The notes: generated from the sequence alone by a model not told the origin. A stretch of 62,044 nt of DNA, filler included, from Dugesia japonica (GCA_001938525.1; 5 parts of 5 records of this genome joined end to end with filler, not necessarily neighbours in it); one strand, 5' to 3'. Positions 41,334 through 52,437 are shown, counted from the first letter of the whole stretch. Numbers and translations: made by a program.

Positions 41334-41819
41334 CTATTTTGCCATTCTGTTCCAACGTAACGGTTTCTGAGCCATAAAAGTGATTGGTAAGTGATCCGTA
41401 TAGATAAGTACTTCGTGCCCATGTATAAGTGATCGAAAATGTTTAGTGGCTTTTACAATAGCCATTATCTCTCGTTCTGTGGTGCTATAATTTAGTTCTG
41501 CTCCTTGGAATTTCTTGCTAAAATATGCGATTACTCTTTCTCTTCCTTGTTCATCTAATTGACTCAACACTGCACCCATCGCGTATCCACTAGCGTCGGT
41601 GGCCAATATAAATGGCTTCTTGAAATCTGGGTGTACCAAAATGGGTGCCGTTAATAATTTATCTCGTAATGTCTTGAATGATTGCTGTTGCTCTGGACCC
41701 TATATGAATGCAGTATCTTGTTTGACCAGTTCTTGCATCGGCTTCGCAATTTTTGCGAAATCCTTGATAAATTTACGATAATAATTTGCGAGTCCTAGAA
41801 ACTCCTGTATTTTGAGTAC
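41334..41819 (-). pseudogene. RT connection and RNase H
   Basis: QEFLGLANYYRKFI; FILATDASGYAMGAVL; NYSTTERE; IYTDHLP. Confidence 0.95.
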
Positions 41820-42700
41820 TTAATTTGGTGGTGCTAGATTTCGTATCTTCTCTGTATTTCGCGGATTCGGTTCTTTGCCTTTATCCGATATTAAATGGCC
41901 TAAATATGTTACTTTATTCTTGGCCCATTCGCATTTGGTGGGTTTCACTTTTAGATTCCATTTACGTAACCGTACAAACACACTACGCAAGTCATTAAGG
42001 TGCCCATCAAAGGTTGGCAAATAGATAAATAGATCATCAATATAGGCAATACATTGAGATATGCCATGGGTTACATAATTCATCATCCGTTGGAAAGAGG
42101 CTGGTGCATTAGTAAGCCCGAATGGCATACGGATAAATTGGTATAAGTCCTTGCCTGTGGAAAAGGCCGTTTTCTGTCTATCTTCTGGTTTGATCTTTAT
42201 TTGCCAATAACCGCTTCGCAAATCTAACGTAGTGAATATTTTAGCATTACACAATAATTGCAATAATTCGTTGATATCTGGCAACGGATAAGTATCCTTT
42301 TTCATTTGAGCATTTAATCTTCGGTAATCAATACAGAATCGTTGTGTCCCATCTTTTTTATCTACTAATATCACTGGTGACTGCCATGGNGAGCAGCTAG
42401 GTTCTATCACACCGATTTTCACTAATTTAGCTGTTTCCTTATTTGCGAATTCCTTTTTCTCCACAGTCATGGCGTATGGTTTCTGTTTACATGGCGTTTC
42501 ATCCGTTAATGGAATTGTGTGCATTTTTGCGAGGCACATACCCAACTCTTCATCCGCCCATGCAAAAATATCTCGGAATTCTTCCAGCAGTTGCAGTATT
42601 GCTTGTTTTTGTTCTTCTGACAAAGTTTCCGTTTCTACTTTGAACGTTCTCTCGATTTCCGGTTCAGCGGCTACTTCTTCCATCACTTCGGGCTCTGATT
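41820..42700 (-). pseudogene. Ty3/gypsy reverse transcriptase
   Basis: RFCIDYRRLN, LDLRSGYWQI, MPFGLTNAPASFQ, YIDD, YLGH. Confidence 0.97.
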
Positions 42701-43384
42701 CGATGAGTTTAGCGTGCCCATTCTGGAGTTTGGTCTAATTGTGATATCTTTTTCTGTAAAATTAACTAAGCTAACTGGTACTTCCCCACTTTTGTTGACC
42801 GTGGTTATTCCTCCTGCCGTTTGTAGCTCGTACTGGTGTGCAAATCCGTCATATGGTTCGAAATAACAATCTCCTTCATAGGCACTTTTTGTACTGACTA
42901 CACAATATACTTGGCATCTACTAGGTACCACAATTTCTTCTTTAGTAAATACCTCGTGATCCTTTACATGGGTATAACCTTCCAATGATTGTAACCGTAA
43001 TGTTGAGAAGTTTAATATGCCATTTTTCATCAGGACGGGAAGAATATCCGTTCCCAATATACACTGTCCCATCATTTCCACTATGATCATATTGTGTTTA
43101 ATTCTGTTATCTTGATATTCGACTTCACAGGCTAATTCTCCAAAAATTTTGAGACTACTACCATTTGATACATCTGCTGTAGTGTTAGTGAGTAAGATAA
43201 TTTTATATTCGGTTATCGCGATTTCATCTATCGACAGCATTGATATGGTTGCTCCGGTGTCCACTAGGGCTGTTATGGGTCGGCCGTTGATTTTATCTAT
43301 AATGGTTAATACTGGTCCGCCATTGAGACTTGTGCATACTACATCTGAAGGGTTATGACTGGAGTTTGTTGGTATTTTGTTTTT
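42683..43384 (-). pseudogene. Aspartic protease 2 followed by a beta-rich spacer
   Basis: KINGRPITALVDTGATISML..CILGTDIL; in frame with the upstream ORF across one TGA at 43385. Confidence 0.9.
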
Positions 43385-44680
43385 TCATCTTGGTTCTCGT
43401 TCTTGAAACCTTATCCAATCGTCCCTTATTAAGGTATTGATATTAGTGATTTTCTGAAGGTCTTGGTTCGAATTGTTTTGTTCATTTCGGGCAGTTGGCT
43501 GCTGTCTCAGCCGGTTGGGCGTTGGCTGATTCCATTGTTGTGGTCGTTTCTGTTGGGTTATCATACGAGTTTTCTGATATCCTACCGGTGCATACTCTTG
43601 ATCATAGTTTTCTCGTATCGTTAGTTTTCTCAAGTCCAATATTCCCTTTGGACAGAGGCGTGGTAAGAGGTCCAATCCAAAGAGACAGTCGAATGTTAAT
43701 TCGTTCATTATTTGAGGTTTATGCCAGAAACGGATTCCATCGCTTTCTATCGCACATATTGCTTCTGCCGCGGGTGAGATTTTTTCTCCAGAGGCCGTGA
43801 TGATAACTCCTTTGATTATTGTTATTCTGAGTAGTCGATAATCTTCTAGTATTCTTTTATGGACTAACGTCGTACTTGCTCCTGTATCAATAATNNNTAT
43901 TACCCATCTTCCGTCGATTTTTATTCTTTTTTGTAGTAATTTTGCTTTCTGGGAAATCATCATACATACGGTCTGGTTTTCTAATTTGTCATCCTCCGTT
44001 ATTTGATTATTCGGGGAGCGCAGATTTTGCTCGGTCACTCTTCTGTCCATGGTTGATACATTGTTCTCTGTTAGTAGCGCCATATTAGGGGCTTGTGGTG
44101 GGCTTATATATGGATTGCTGTACATGGGACATGGTGCCCATACTTGTTGGGGTGGTTGGTTCATGGGATGCCAACCATGTTGCGGATAAGCGTTATAATA
44201 CATTTGTGCTGGTGCTGGCGTGCTTTCTCCTCCTCCGAATTTTAACGCATTTTTCAGTCGTTGCATTTTGCTGATCTTTTCGTATTGCTGCCTTTTGAAT
44301 TCTGCATCGTATTCCATGGCAGTTTTATAACTAGGTACATGAGGCGTTCCACTGCTTTCTCCTCTATCATCGTCGCTGCTACTACTACTTTCATCTTTGT
44401 TTTTAAACCTTTCTTTGAATTGGTTAAAATATGATATTTTCTTTATGCCCATTTCTTCGCATAACAATTGGAGTTGCATTATGACTTCCTTGTCTGATCC
44501 TCTTATTTGTCCGAGCTTCCGAATGAATCTCTTTACCCTGTCAATATCCTTGGAGTGACTATTAAGCACCACAGGCTTGGCTAAAAATGGAAATATTCCC
44601 GTTACCATTTTCCAATTCACCTTCTTCTCTCTTTTGTATATATCAAAACATGCGAACAATTGATTAATTACTACTCGTGT
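43385..44680 (-). CDS. Glycoprotein cytoplasmic region, Pro/Gln-rich linker and aspartic protease 1
   Basis: Same uninterrupted ORF (43385..44761) as the glycoprotein TM; IKIDGRWVIxIIDTGASTTLV..DCLFGLDLL. Confidence 0.88.
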   Translation of the reverse strand, partial: TRVVINQLFACFDIYKREKKVNWKMVTGIFPFLAKPVVLNSHSKDIDRVKRFIRKLGQIRGSDKEVIMQLQLLCEEMGIKKISYFNQFKERFKNKDESSSSSDDDRGESSGTPHVPSYKTAMEYDAEFKRQQYEKISKMQRLKNALKFGGGESTPAPAQMYYNAYPQHGWHPMNQPPQQVWAPCPMYSNPYISPPQAPNMALLTENNVSTMDRRVTEQNLRSPNNQITEDDKLENQTVCMMISQKAKLLQKRIKIDGRWVIXIIDTGASTTLVHKRILEDYRLLRITIIKGVIITASGEKISPAAEAICAIESDGIRFWHKPQIMNELTFDCLFGLDLLPRLCPKGILDLRKLTIRENYDQEYAPVGYQKTRMITQQKRPQQWNQPTPNRLRQQPTARNEQNNSNQDLQKITNINTLIRDDWIRFQEREPR

Positions 44681-46404
44681 TACTGAAATTATCAGCATAA
44701 CTCCCAACAATCCTGCTATTGCTTGTCCAAATATGATGAATCGTCCCCACATTTTCCGCATTACGTTTTCTGTGGCCTTTTGTAAGTGATCTGCTGAAAA
44801 TAACGCATCTTAATTCACTCGTCCATCTATGTTAGTTCCACTGGTTAATTGCACTATGTTGGATAAGATTTGCATCCTTCGGACTGGAAACAGCATGTAT
44901 TCCCTGGCTTTCTCCAGATCTTCCCTGCTGTAAATTCCTCCTTTATTTACGTCAATTGGAGTGAATTGCATACCCCCATTCAATCGTAACATGGAGAATT
45001 TCCGTGGTTCGACTCCCACTGCCATTCGTTGCGGAAATCGTATCCATGGACCATCTATCATTATGTATTGTGGTCCAAATACATTAGAGCAATTTATGAT
45101 ATTTGGCCTATAACCCAGTGGTGATATGATTCGAGTAATTGGTTGCACGTATCGTTTCTCGTTATTATGGATAATTTCTATTTCATTGTAGCAGTTTTTG
45201 GGATACAACTAGAACTCGGCATCTAGGGCCTTGCATTTGTATAGGTACATTACTTCTCCTACTACTCGACCGAATTGTCCTTTTTCCAGAGGAAGTAGTG
45301 GAGTGACCCTATCTGGGTTTGTAACTGCCATTGCTAATTTGGTCTTTAATATTTCTTTATTTAATGTGCAGTCATTTTGAATAAGATCGTGGTACATTCG
45401 TCCGATGGTATCTTGCATTCGGTGAAATATATTGTCCAGTTTATTATTGGTATAAAGATGCAATTTGATATCTTGTGACATTTCTGCTGCCTGTGCCGTC
45501 TTTATCCGATGTTCTGACACGAATATTCCTTTGTAATTTGTTTTATACACTATTTGCCCACACTTGGACATCGAATTTCCCTTAATTAACCGGATGGTCT
45601 CATCCTGCTCTGAGGAATTAACACTGTAGGAGTTGTGTGCCATTGCTGGTCGTATATTCTCGGGCCGGACCGTGTTGTTTCTTTGAGATTATCTATCCTA
45701 TCTTTTAGATTACCCTCCTTTGGGGTTTGATCGATCGGTGTTAAAGCTCGTTGTCCTTGATATTCATTGAACATTGCCTCTTTTAGGTGGGCTAGCTTAC
45801 AGTCCTGGTGATCTACTTTGTATGTCAATGTTGATGTACCTGCATTACAGGATCCATCGGCCGCCTTGCAGTATGACCTCCCTTTCATAGTCAGATCTTG
45901 AGCGTCAAAAAATGCTTCGTATTCCTTAAGCTCCACTGTATACGTTTCAATTGCTACCAAGTATGACCATACCTCTCCCCAGATGGTGTATGTACCATAT
46001 TCGCAGTGGCCTTTATGTGAAGATATGCTTCCTGCTGCTTCTATTGGTTGATCAATCACATGTCCTTTCTTGGCGATGACTTGAGTTCTATGTTTGATGG
46101 TGATCTTTCCTGTAGTAAATCCTTCATCGCATTGTTGTCCGGTTAAATGTACGGGGTGTCTCACTGTTCCTGGATCAATTATTGAAGTGTAGCTGTGGTA
46201 CCCACAATGAAATATAAACGTTTTTACCGCTACCGTACACTCACATACTTGGGCCTTATAATAATCTGACTCCTGATATCAGTGGTACACTGAATTATTA
46301 CGGAGTGAAATTTTCTCCGGATTTGCGTCTGGACATTCCTCGGTATCCACTAATGAGAATACCTCTTTCCTAACTTGCATCCCATCGCAATCATATGCTA
46401 CGAT
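44681..46404 (-). pseudogene. Env: chuvirus/Monjiviricetes-like class III fusion glycoprotein (ectodomain and TM)
   Basis: After a signal-like helix: IVAYDC..FSLVDTEEC..YQ..VCECTV..FHCGYHSYTS..C..G..C; later KCGQIVYKTNY, NKLD, C.LNKEILKTKLA, GEVMYLYKC, CYNEI..YVQP.TRII, C...FGPQY, GGIYSREDLE, then TM FIIFGQAIAGLLGVMLIISV. Three point stops and one frameshift (~45615). Confidence 0.85.
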
Positions 46405-46650
46405 GGCTTCATTTCTGCACATCATTAAGAATAACACGAGTATTGCGGTGATTAATGCTTGCCAAGAATTTCCTCGAGGCCCACGTGTCCAACCATTCTC
46501 GATCTCATTTAATTGTTCTCGAACAATCCTTATTACTCTGGTTGCATTTTCATGTGATGGCTGTGTCTTAGGGCATATGGCCTCAACAAATTTTTTCCAT
46601 CCTCCTTGTTGTTTTATCAACGGTGCGATTTTATTTTGCATTAGATCCAC
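46405..46650 (-). pseudogene. C-terminal fragment of a Bcl-2-like domain (BH2) and hydrophobic anchor/signal peptide
   Basis: IAPLIKQQGGWKKFVE matches the BH2 pattern WIxxxGGWxxFV (L codon TTG is one change from TGG); hydrophobic WQALITAILVLFLMM ~40 aa later. The rest is lost at the 46650 junction. Confidence 0.62.
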
Positions 46651-47883
46651 TATCGGTAATTTACTAAGAATGAAGTTTTTTGACCATAGTGAACTAATAA
46701 TTGGAGAAAGAGAAAATAAATTAAAAGAATTAATTAAATTAATTGATGAAAGAAAAAACGACGAACTTAAATTAATTTCAGATCAGAAAAACAAAGAAAT
46801 GAACATAATTAATATTTAAGAAGAAAATAAAATAAATAATTCATTTAATTAAATAAAATAAATCGTACTAATTAAAATGATTTATTTTTAAAAGAAAACT
46901 AAACATTTTGTGAAATATGGCAAAAACGACGGCTTCCCAAGATGGAAAAATGAGCAATTAAGAAGATTATGGTCAAGAAAAAATCGGAGAGTTTNAAAAT
47001 TTAAGTTAAAAAATCATAACAAGACTCAGAAAGAAGATACAAGGGTTTGAAGATGGACCAATAATTTTGGAATCCTAAAATATCCACCAATAAAATGAAC
47101 TCACGTTCAAGCCAATGGAAACGTCAGAAAGATCGTACAATTCCAAATAACCAATGAAAGAAATGGGGGTGTAAAGAAAAACAGTATAAATACCGTTTCA
47201 ATTTCAGACGAAACGGATTTAAAAAAAATTAATCCTTAAGTGACAATCAATACTCAAACCGAACCTCGACAAAACAAAAAGCAATATTAATCAATCTTAG
47301 TTATTGGAAAATTCACTGAAATCAAGAATCTCAACGGTAATTATTTATCCATATGAAATTTGGGTGCAACAATTTCCGACTGGAAGATGAAAAATTATGG
47401 AGGACCATTAGAATCGTTACTGGCTACCAATATGTTGTCAATTCACGTGCTGTGCTTGCTCCGGATCGGAATTCAGTCTATGTTAGTTATATTGATTGTT
47501 GTAATTATATGCTTAATTATTAATAACTGAAGTTTGTTAATCTCAATATATTTTTCACTTACAAACTCTTTTGTTTTTATGATAATTAATCTCCTAACTA
47601 ATGAAATTAAAAATAACTAAGATTAATCAGATTAATAAACACTCCATAAACTGGAAATTTTATAAGAAAACGATAAATATGGGTCTTAAGTTAAGCCAGT
47701 ATCATGAAGTACGAACTTAAACTACAGGAATGCGAGTCTGTACTCGAACTACGAGTCAACGGCTCCATTCCGAAGATCTGGATTTTTGGGGACTCCAAAT
47801 TAAATTCTTCGCGGGGTTTTATTAGGCTGACCATCCTGGACTTAATTATTAAAACCTCAACCCACCTAGACAAAACCCCAACA
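46651..47883 (+). repeat. Solo-LTR-like element (~1.23 kb) that truncates the giant element
   Basis: Abrupt shift to A-rich non-coding sequence; termini TATCGG..CCCCAACA; CCAAT boxes (~47112, ~47151) and TATAAATA (~47185); 3' 180 bp similar to 50670-50848; no matching TSD. Confidence 0.55.
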
Positions 47884-48395
47884 CCTGTATTGGGGTCTTT
47901 ATTTTCATAATAATATTTTTTATCCGTACATTGTATCCATGATTATCCTCCCTGCCATCGTCATTGCTCTTATTGGCAACAAAATTTATATCAGTCCTAT
48001 CAGCTTCATCATTCTTGTGGTCGTACAAGCTACAAGTTACCGATCCTGTCCTGAATATCTAGCATAGAAATTCTAGATTAAATTTTTAGTGGGGTTTTAC
48101 TAGGCGGCTATACACCTGGTCATAAATTACAACTTTCCAATCTAGCTAGAACCTAAACATATAGATCAAATGAGAAAATATTATGTGATGTCAAGGAGAT
48201 CAGGGAAATTGTTAACAGAGTTTTGCTTTCATTTACTTAATAACGCATTTTATAATTGTGAGTATCGATTTATGGATTTCAAATATCTGAGATTTTTTAA
48301 TTTTTAATTAAAATGATAAAATTGGTTTTTTGAAACTTTTAAAATATAAAAAAGGTTTTTTAAAACACAAATTAATTGAATAAATCCTGTATATT

Positions 48396-48720
48396 ATATT
48401 ATGTTGAATTATAAAACTATAAAAATTATTTTGTAAAATTAGGTTTAAAAATAATTAAATATATATAATAAAGGTATTTTAAAATTAAAGTCAATATTTT
48501 ATATTATGTTAAATTATAAAATTATAAAAATAATTTTATAGAATTAGGTTTCAAAATAATTAAAAATATATGTAAAATAAAGGTATTTTTAAAATTAAAA
48601 TTGATATTTTATATTATGTTAGATTATAAAATTTTAAAAATTATTTTGTAAAATTAGGTTTAAAAATTATTAAACATATAAATAAAATAAAAGTATTTTG
48701 AAATTTAAAAAATCAATATT
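48396..48720. repeat. ~108-bp AT-rich tandem repeat, 3 copies
   Basis: Unit ATATTATGTTRRATTATAAAA..AATTAGGTTT..AAAGGTATTTT starts near 48396, 48501 and 48611. Confidence 0.85.
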
Positions 48721-49699
48721 TCTGAAAAATATTTATTAAGATTTCTCAGATNATTTGTTTGAATATTGTGAATTTTAATAAAAGACTTGTAATAATCAAT
48801 AAACAATTTATGGAGACTTGTGAGACTTTGAATTTAACTAATAATAATAGGTATTTAATGTATTAAAAATTCAGTTTTTCCAGCCCAAAAGAGACTTATT
48901 TAAAATATCTTATTAATGCTATTTCAGGACAGAAACCCGTAACATAACGGGCTGCTGATTCTTCAATTTTAAATCAAGAAAATAATGCGGATGAAGCTTC
49001 TTAAACTAGAATTCATTTTTCAGTTAAATTTCCTAAGATGTAACTATTCTAATTAGGGAGTAAGAAAAAAGGATAAAATGTGCATGTTTTAAATGCAAAG
49101 TTCCACTTTGTATATCTGGCTGCTACGAAAAATTTCATAATAGCGATAGCGATGAGGAATGAAATATCAAAAGTTTACTATACATATTCTCGATATTTTT
49201 ATTTTATTGGGATCTGAAAACAAGTATGTATAACACACATAAACAGCACATACACTATATACAAACATCATACACTCAAACTCATCAATACTCAATCAAT
49301 ATTCGAAACTCTTCAACATTCGATAATAGCCTCAGTATTCAGCATTCAATAATAGCCTTTGAAGACAACATTTGATGTTAATAAACAATACTATTTGTGA
49401 TGAAACATTTGACAATTTATTTTTATTTAACAGTTTATTTTATTAAATGTGATAATTGAAAATTGAACAATATTTTATTAAATTTATTTTTATGATTTGT
49501 GTGAATATTTTATTTTAGTTTAAGGTCATGGTCTAACTGACCTTATTAATAATTGGAAAATTTTCTTTCTATAATATTAGAAAATTTTTATGTAAATAAT
49601 ATTTAACTGGATAGACAATTTTTCTTTAAAAATAATTGATTTGTTTGTGGCGGATTATTTTTCTGAAAATTTTCGCACATTTTAATAATTTCTATAAAT

Positions 49700-50848
49700 A
49701 AATGATTAATTTATTGTGTGCAGAATGATATTACCTGGTATGATGTGTGTAAAAAATCAGTATAAATACTGATCCGTTTTAGTTGATTTCCAGACAATTT
49801 TCTTGGGAAACCAATCTCTCAGANCGGCTTTCCCATTTAAATTTAATTTCTGGCTTATAAGGTCTTAAGTGTAAGCTATATTTGTTATACATCCAAAATA
49901 TTATTTTTTAAAGGTGTGTTTAATTTATTTATATTAGGACATTACATGTATTACGATATCTACAATTTTGCTTAAAATATTACATATAATATTGTATTAT
50001 ATAATATTGTATCACATATATAACATCATCATTTAAAGAATAAAATCAAACACCCTTAATATTAGTTACTTGTATTGTTTGTTATAATAAATACCAATGA
50101 AAATTTCACAAAAAATTCAATCTTTTTAATCTGTTATCGAAAATCCCACAGTTAGACGGAGAATTTTTCAAATATTCACAGAAGGTGGCTATTTTGTACT
50201 AATTGATTACAGTTGCAGCGATTTCCGATTTGATGAATTACAGAAGTTATGAAATCCAAAATAATTGGCGTCATTATGCAGATTTGGATCCAAAGTAAAT
50301 GGTTAAGTTGTATACAATTGGTGATCATGTTAAATCCAATAGCTCATGTGTTTGGTCCAGATCGAGATTGCAGTCCACGTTAGTTTTATTGATTGACCTA
50401 ATTATTAAATTGATGTAAAACAAGTGAAAGTTTTGATAATTGAATATATTATTCACTTGTTAAATTCGTTTGTACTTTACAACTGTAAAAACATAGGGTA
50501 TGGAATTTTAAACTAAAAGTTATAACAGTATAAACTCAGTTAAATATGCATGACCATGAATTAGAAGAGATTATAGCGGATAAAATAAAATCTAATAAAC
50601 GATTTATAACCTGAAATCCAAAAAATTAAGAATTGATAAGTAGCAAGTATGATTCGAAAATCCAGCGAATATTATGAACCCAAACCAAAGGAACGCGAGT
50701 CTGTACTCGGATTCCGAGTCAAAGGCTCCGTTCCAAAGATCTGGTTTTTTGGGGACGCCAGATTAAATTCTTCAGAGGGGTTTAACTAGACCGACAACCC
50801 TAGACTTAATTATTAAAATAATTGACCCCCCTAGATAAAACCCCAACA
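49700..50848 (+). repeat. Related LTR-like repeat ending CCCCAACA
   Basis: CAGTATAAATAC at ~49758 as in the 47185 copy; 50670-50848 aligns by eye with 47700-47883; weaker copies at 23215-23320 and 48050-48150; left boundary uncertain. Confidence 0.5.
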
Positions 50849-52437
50849 AATTAAATATCATGTGATCATAAATTTTTATCTCAGAATCATTATTTTTAGA
50901 AATATTTCAAAATTGAGACCTTGGTTTGCGACCGAATATAATTTCATACGGCGAAAATCTTTGTTGTACTATGAGTAGTGGTTATCAAACCATATTCAAC
51001 GGTCGGTAAAACTTTGCTCCAACCCCGTATATTCCATTCTTTTATTACTGTACTTATCATGCATTTCGCTGTTCTGAATGTTCTCTATCAAATTGTCTAA
51101 TTGAGTATATTAAGGTGAGGTAAATGTATTTTTCATTCTCAATAAAATATAAAAACAAAAATACATAAATGTTGTACAAATTTAAAAAAATGATAAAAGA
51201 AACGCACAAATGCACTTAATGCGCTTGTGTTACGTCTAATAGCCCAAAAATTACGGTACTTGGAACAAAATATAAAACGCAAAACAGCTTTTAATTTGTT
51301 GATCAAACTAAAACCTAAATTACTTTAAAATATCAAAGCAATTACTTGTCTTAGAGAGCAAACTCAATTTCTCTAAATACCTATTTTTACGAAATACTCA
51401 ATTTGTTTTAAATAAATTTGTGCACTTTACTGACTTTGCGGTATTATTTATTTATTTATAAAATTACCTTTTTATAAGCAATACTCAATTAATGAAAATT
51501 ACTAAATTAGGTGTACGACATTTCAACAGAAAATTTTTTTACTATAAACTACTATTACAAAAAATGTGCTTTTTACATAAATTATCTATTTATTACGTCC
51601 GTATTGTAATTTTAATAATATAATTTAATACCTATACAAATTTTTGTAAATTATTTACTATTACCTATTTTCAGAAGTTGTTTAAACAAAATTCTATTAA
51701 GCGGACGTTTCATTTTATTATTCTTATATATTTGTATGATGTTTTGAAATACTAGTCCTGACTGATGTTTTTCGTTTTCTTTCATTAAGTTATCTATTTG
51801 ATTAAAAATTCTAGCTAATTTTTCATTCAAGTCCTGATACTTTTTAATAATACAAATTTCTTTAGTTAACTACATACCACGTTTGATGCTTCACCAGTTT
51901 TTATAAATACACATTTTACTATAATTTTAATTAATCTTTCAATATACAAAGATGATATTTAATAATTTTCGATGAAATGTTGGTAGTTCAATTTTTTAAG
52001 AGTAGGAAATTATTTTCAATTAATCGTAAAAGCTTTCAGTAATTAAAATGATAAAGTAGTTTTTTTGAAGGAAAAAGCAGAATTTTAAGAAACTTATCGA
52101 ATATTAACCAAACTAACTCATTTCAATGAAGTTATTAATTATATTCCAATTTCTACATTTTTTAAAATTGTAATGAAAATCTGCCTTTTTTGATTTTTCT
52201 AATTAGAATTGAAATAGCTATTGAATATGAAGTAGTTTAATAATATTTTGGTAAAATTCAATAAGCCTATGAAAATTTTAGTTAAAGATGTTCCTTTAAA
52301 TTTACAATATCCGTGATTTTTAAAACCTTTTCTTTTGTTTAAAATTTTGACTACCAACAGATGATATTTAAATTTAAAAATTTAGTATTTTTGTAGATTA
52401 AAATTTTCCATTGATGATATAAATTTTAATTTTGAAT

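Larger units (their letters stand above)
32917..46650 (-). mobile_element. Giant Ty3/gypsy (Metaviridae) LTR retroelement with env-like and anti-apoptotic cargo; 5'-truncated at ~46650, 3' LTR cut by the contig end
   Basis: About 13.7 kb of co-oriented ORFs, clearly less AT-rich than the flanks; PR-RT-RH-IN order; PPT and TG-starting LTR at the 3' end; glycoprotein, IAP and coiled-coil ORFs inside. Confidence 0.93.

Noticed and set aside
42700-42960. Possible dUTPase after protease 2
   Set aside because: Beta-rich spacer of the kind seen in many gypsy pols; the dUTPase catalytic motifs (RSG, G.ID.DY.G) are absent.
33812-46819. Plus-strand ORFs overlapping the giant element (e.g. 35298, 38531, 39427, 43495, 46403)
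   Set aside because: Antisense shadows of the minus-strand coding block with no recognisable motifs.
46651-47883. Candidate 5' LTR of the giant element
   Set aside because: It does not match the TGTAAAC-starting 3' LTR, its promoter motifs face the opposite way, and no PBS or gag lies between it and the glycoprotein.
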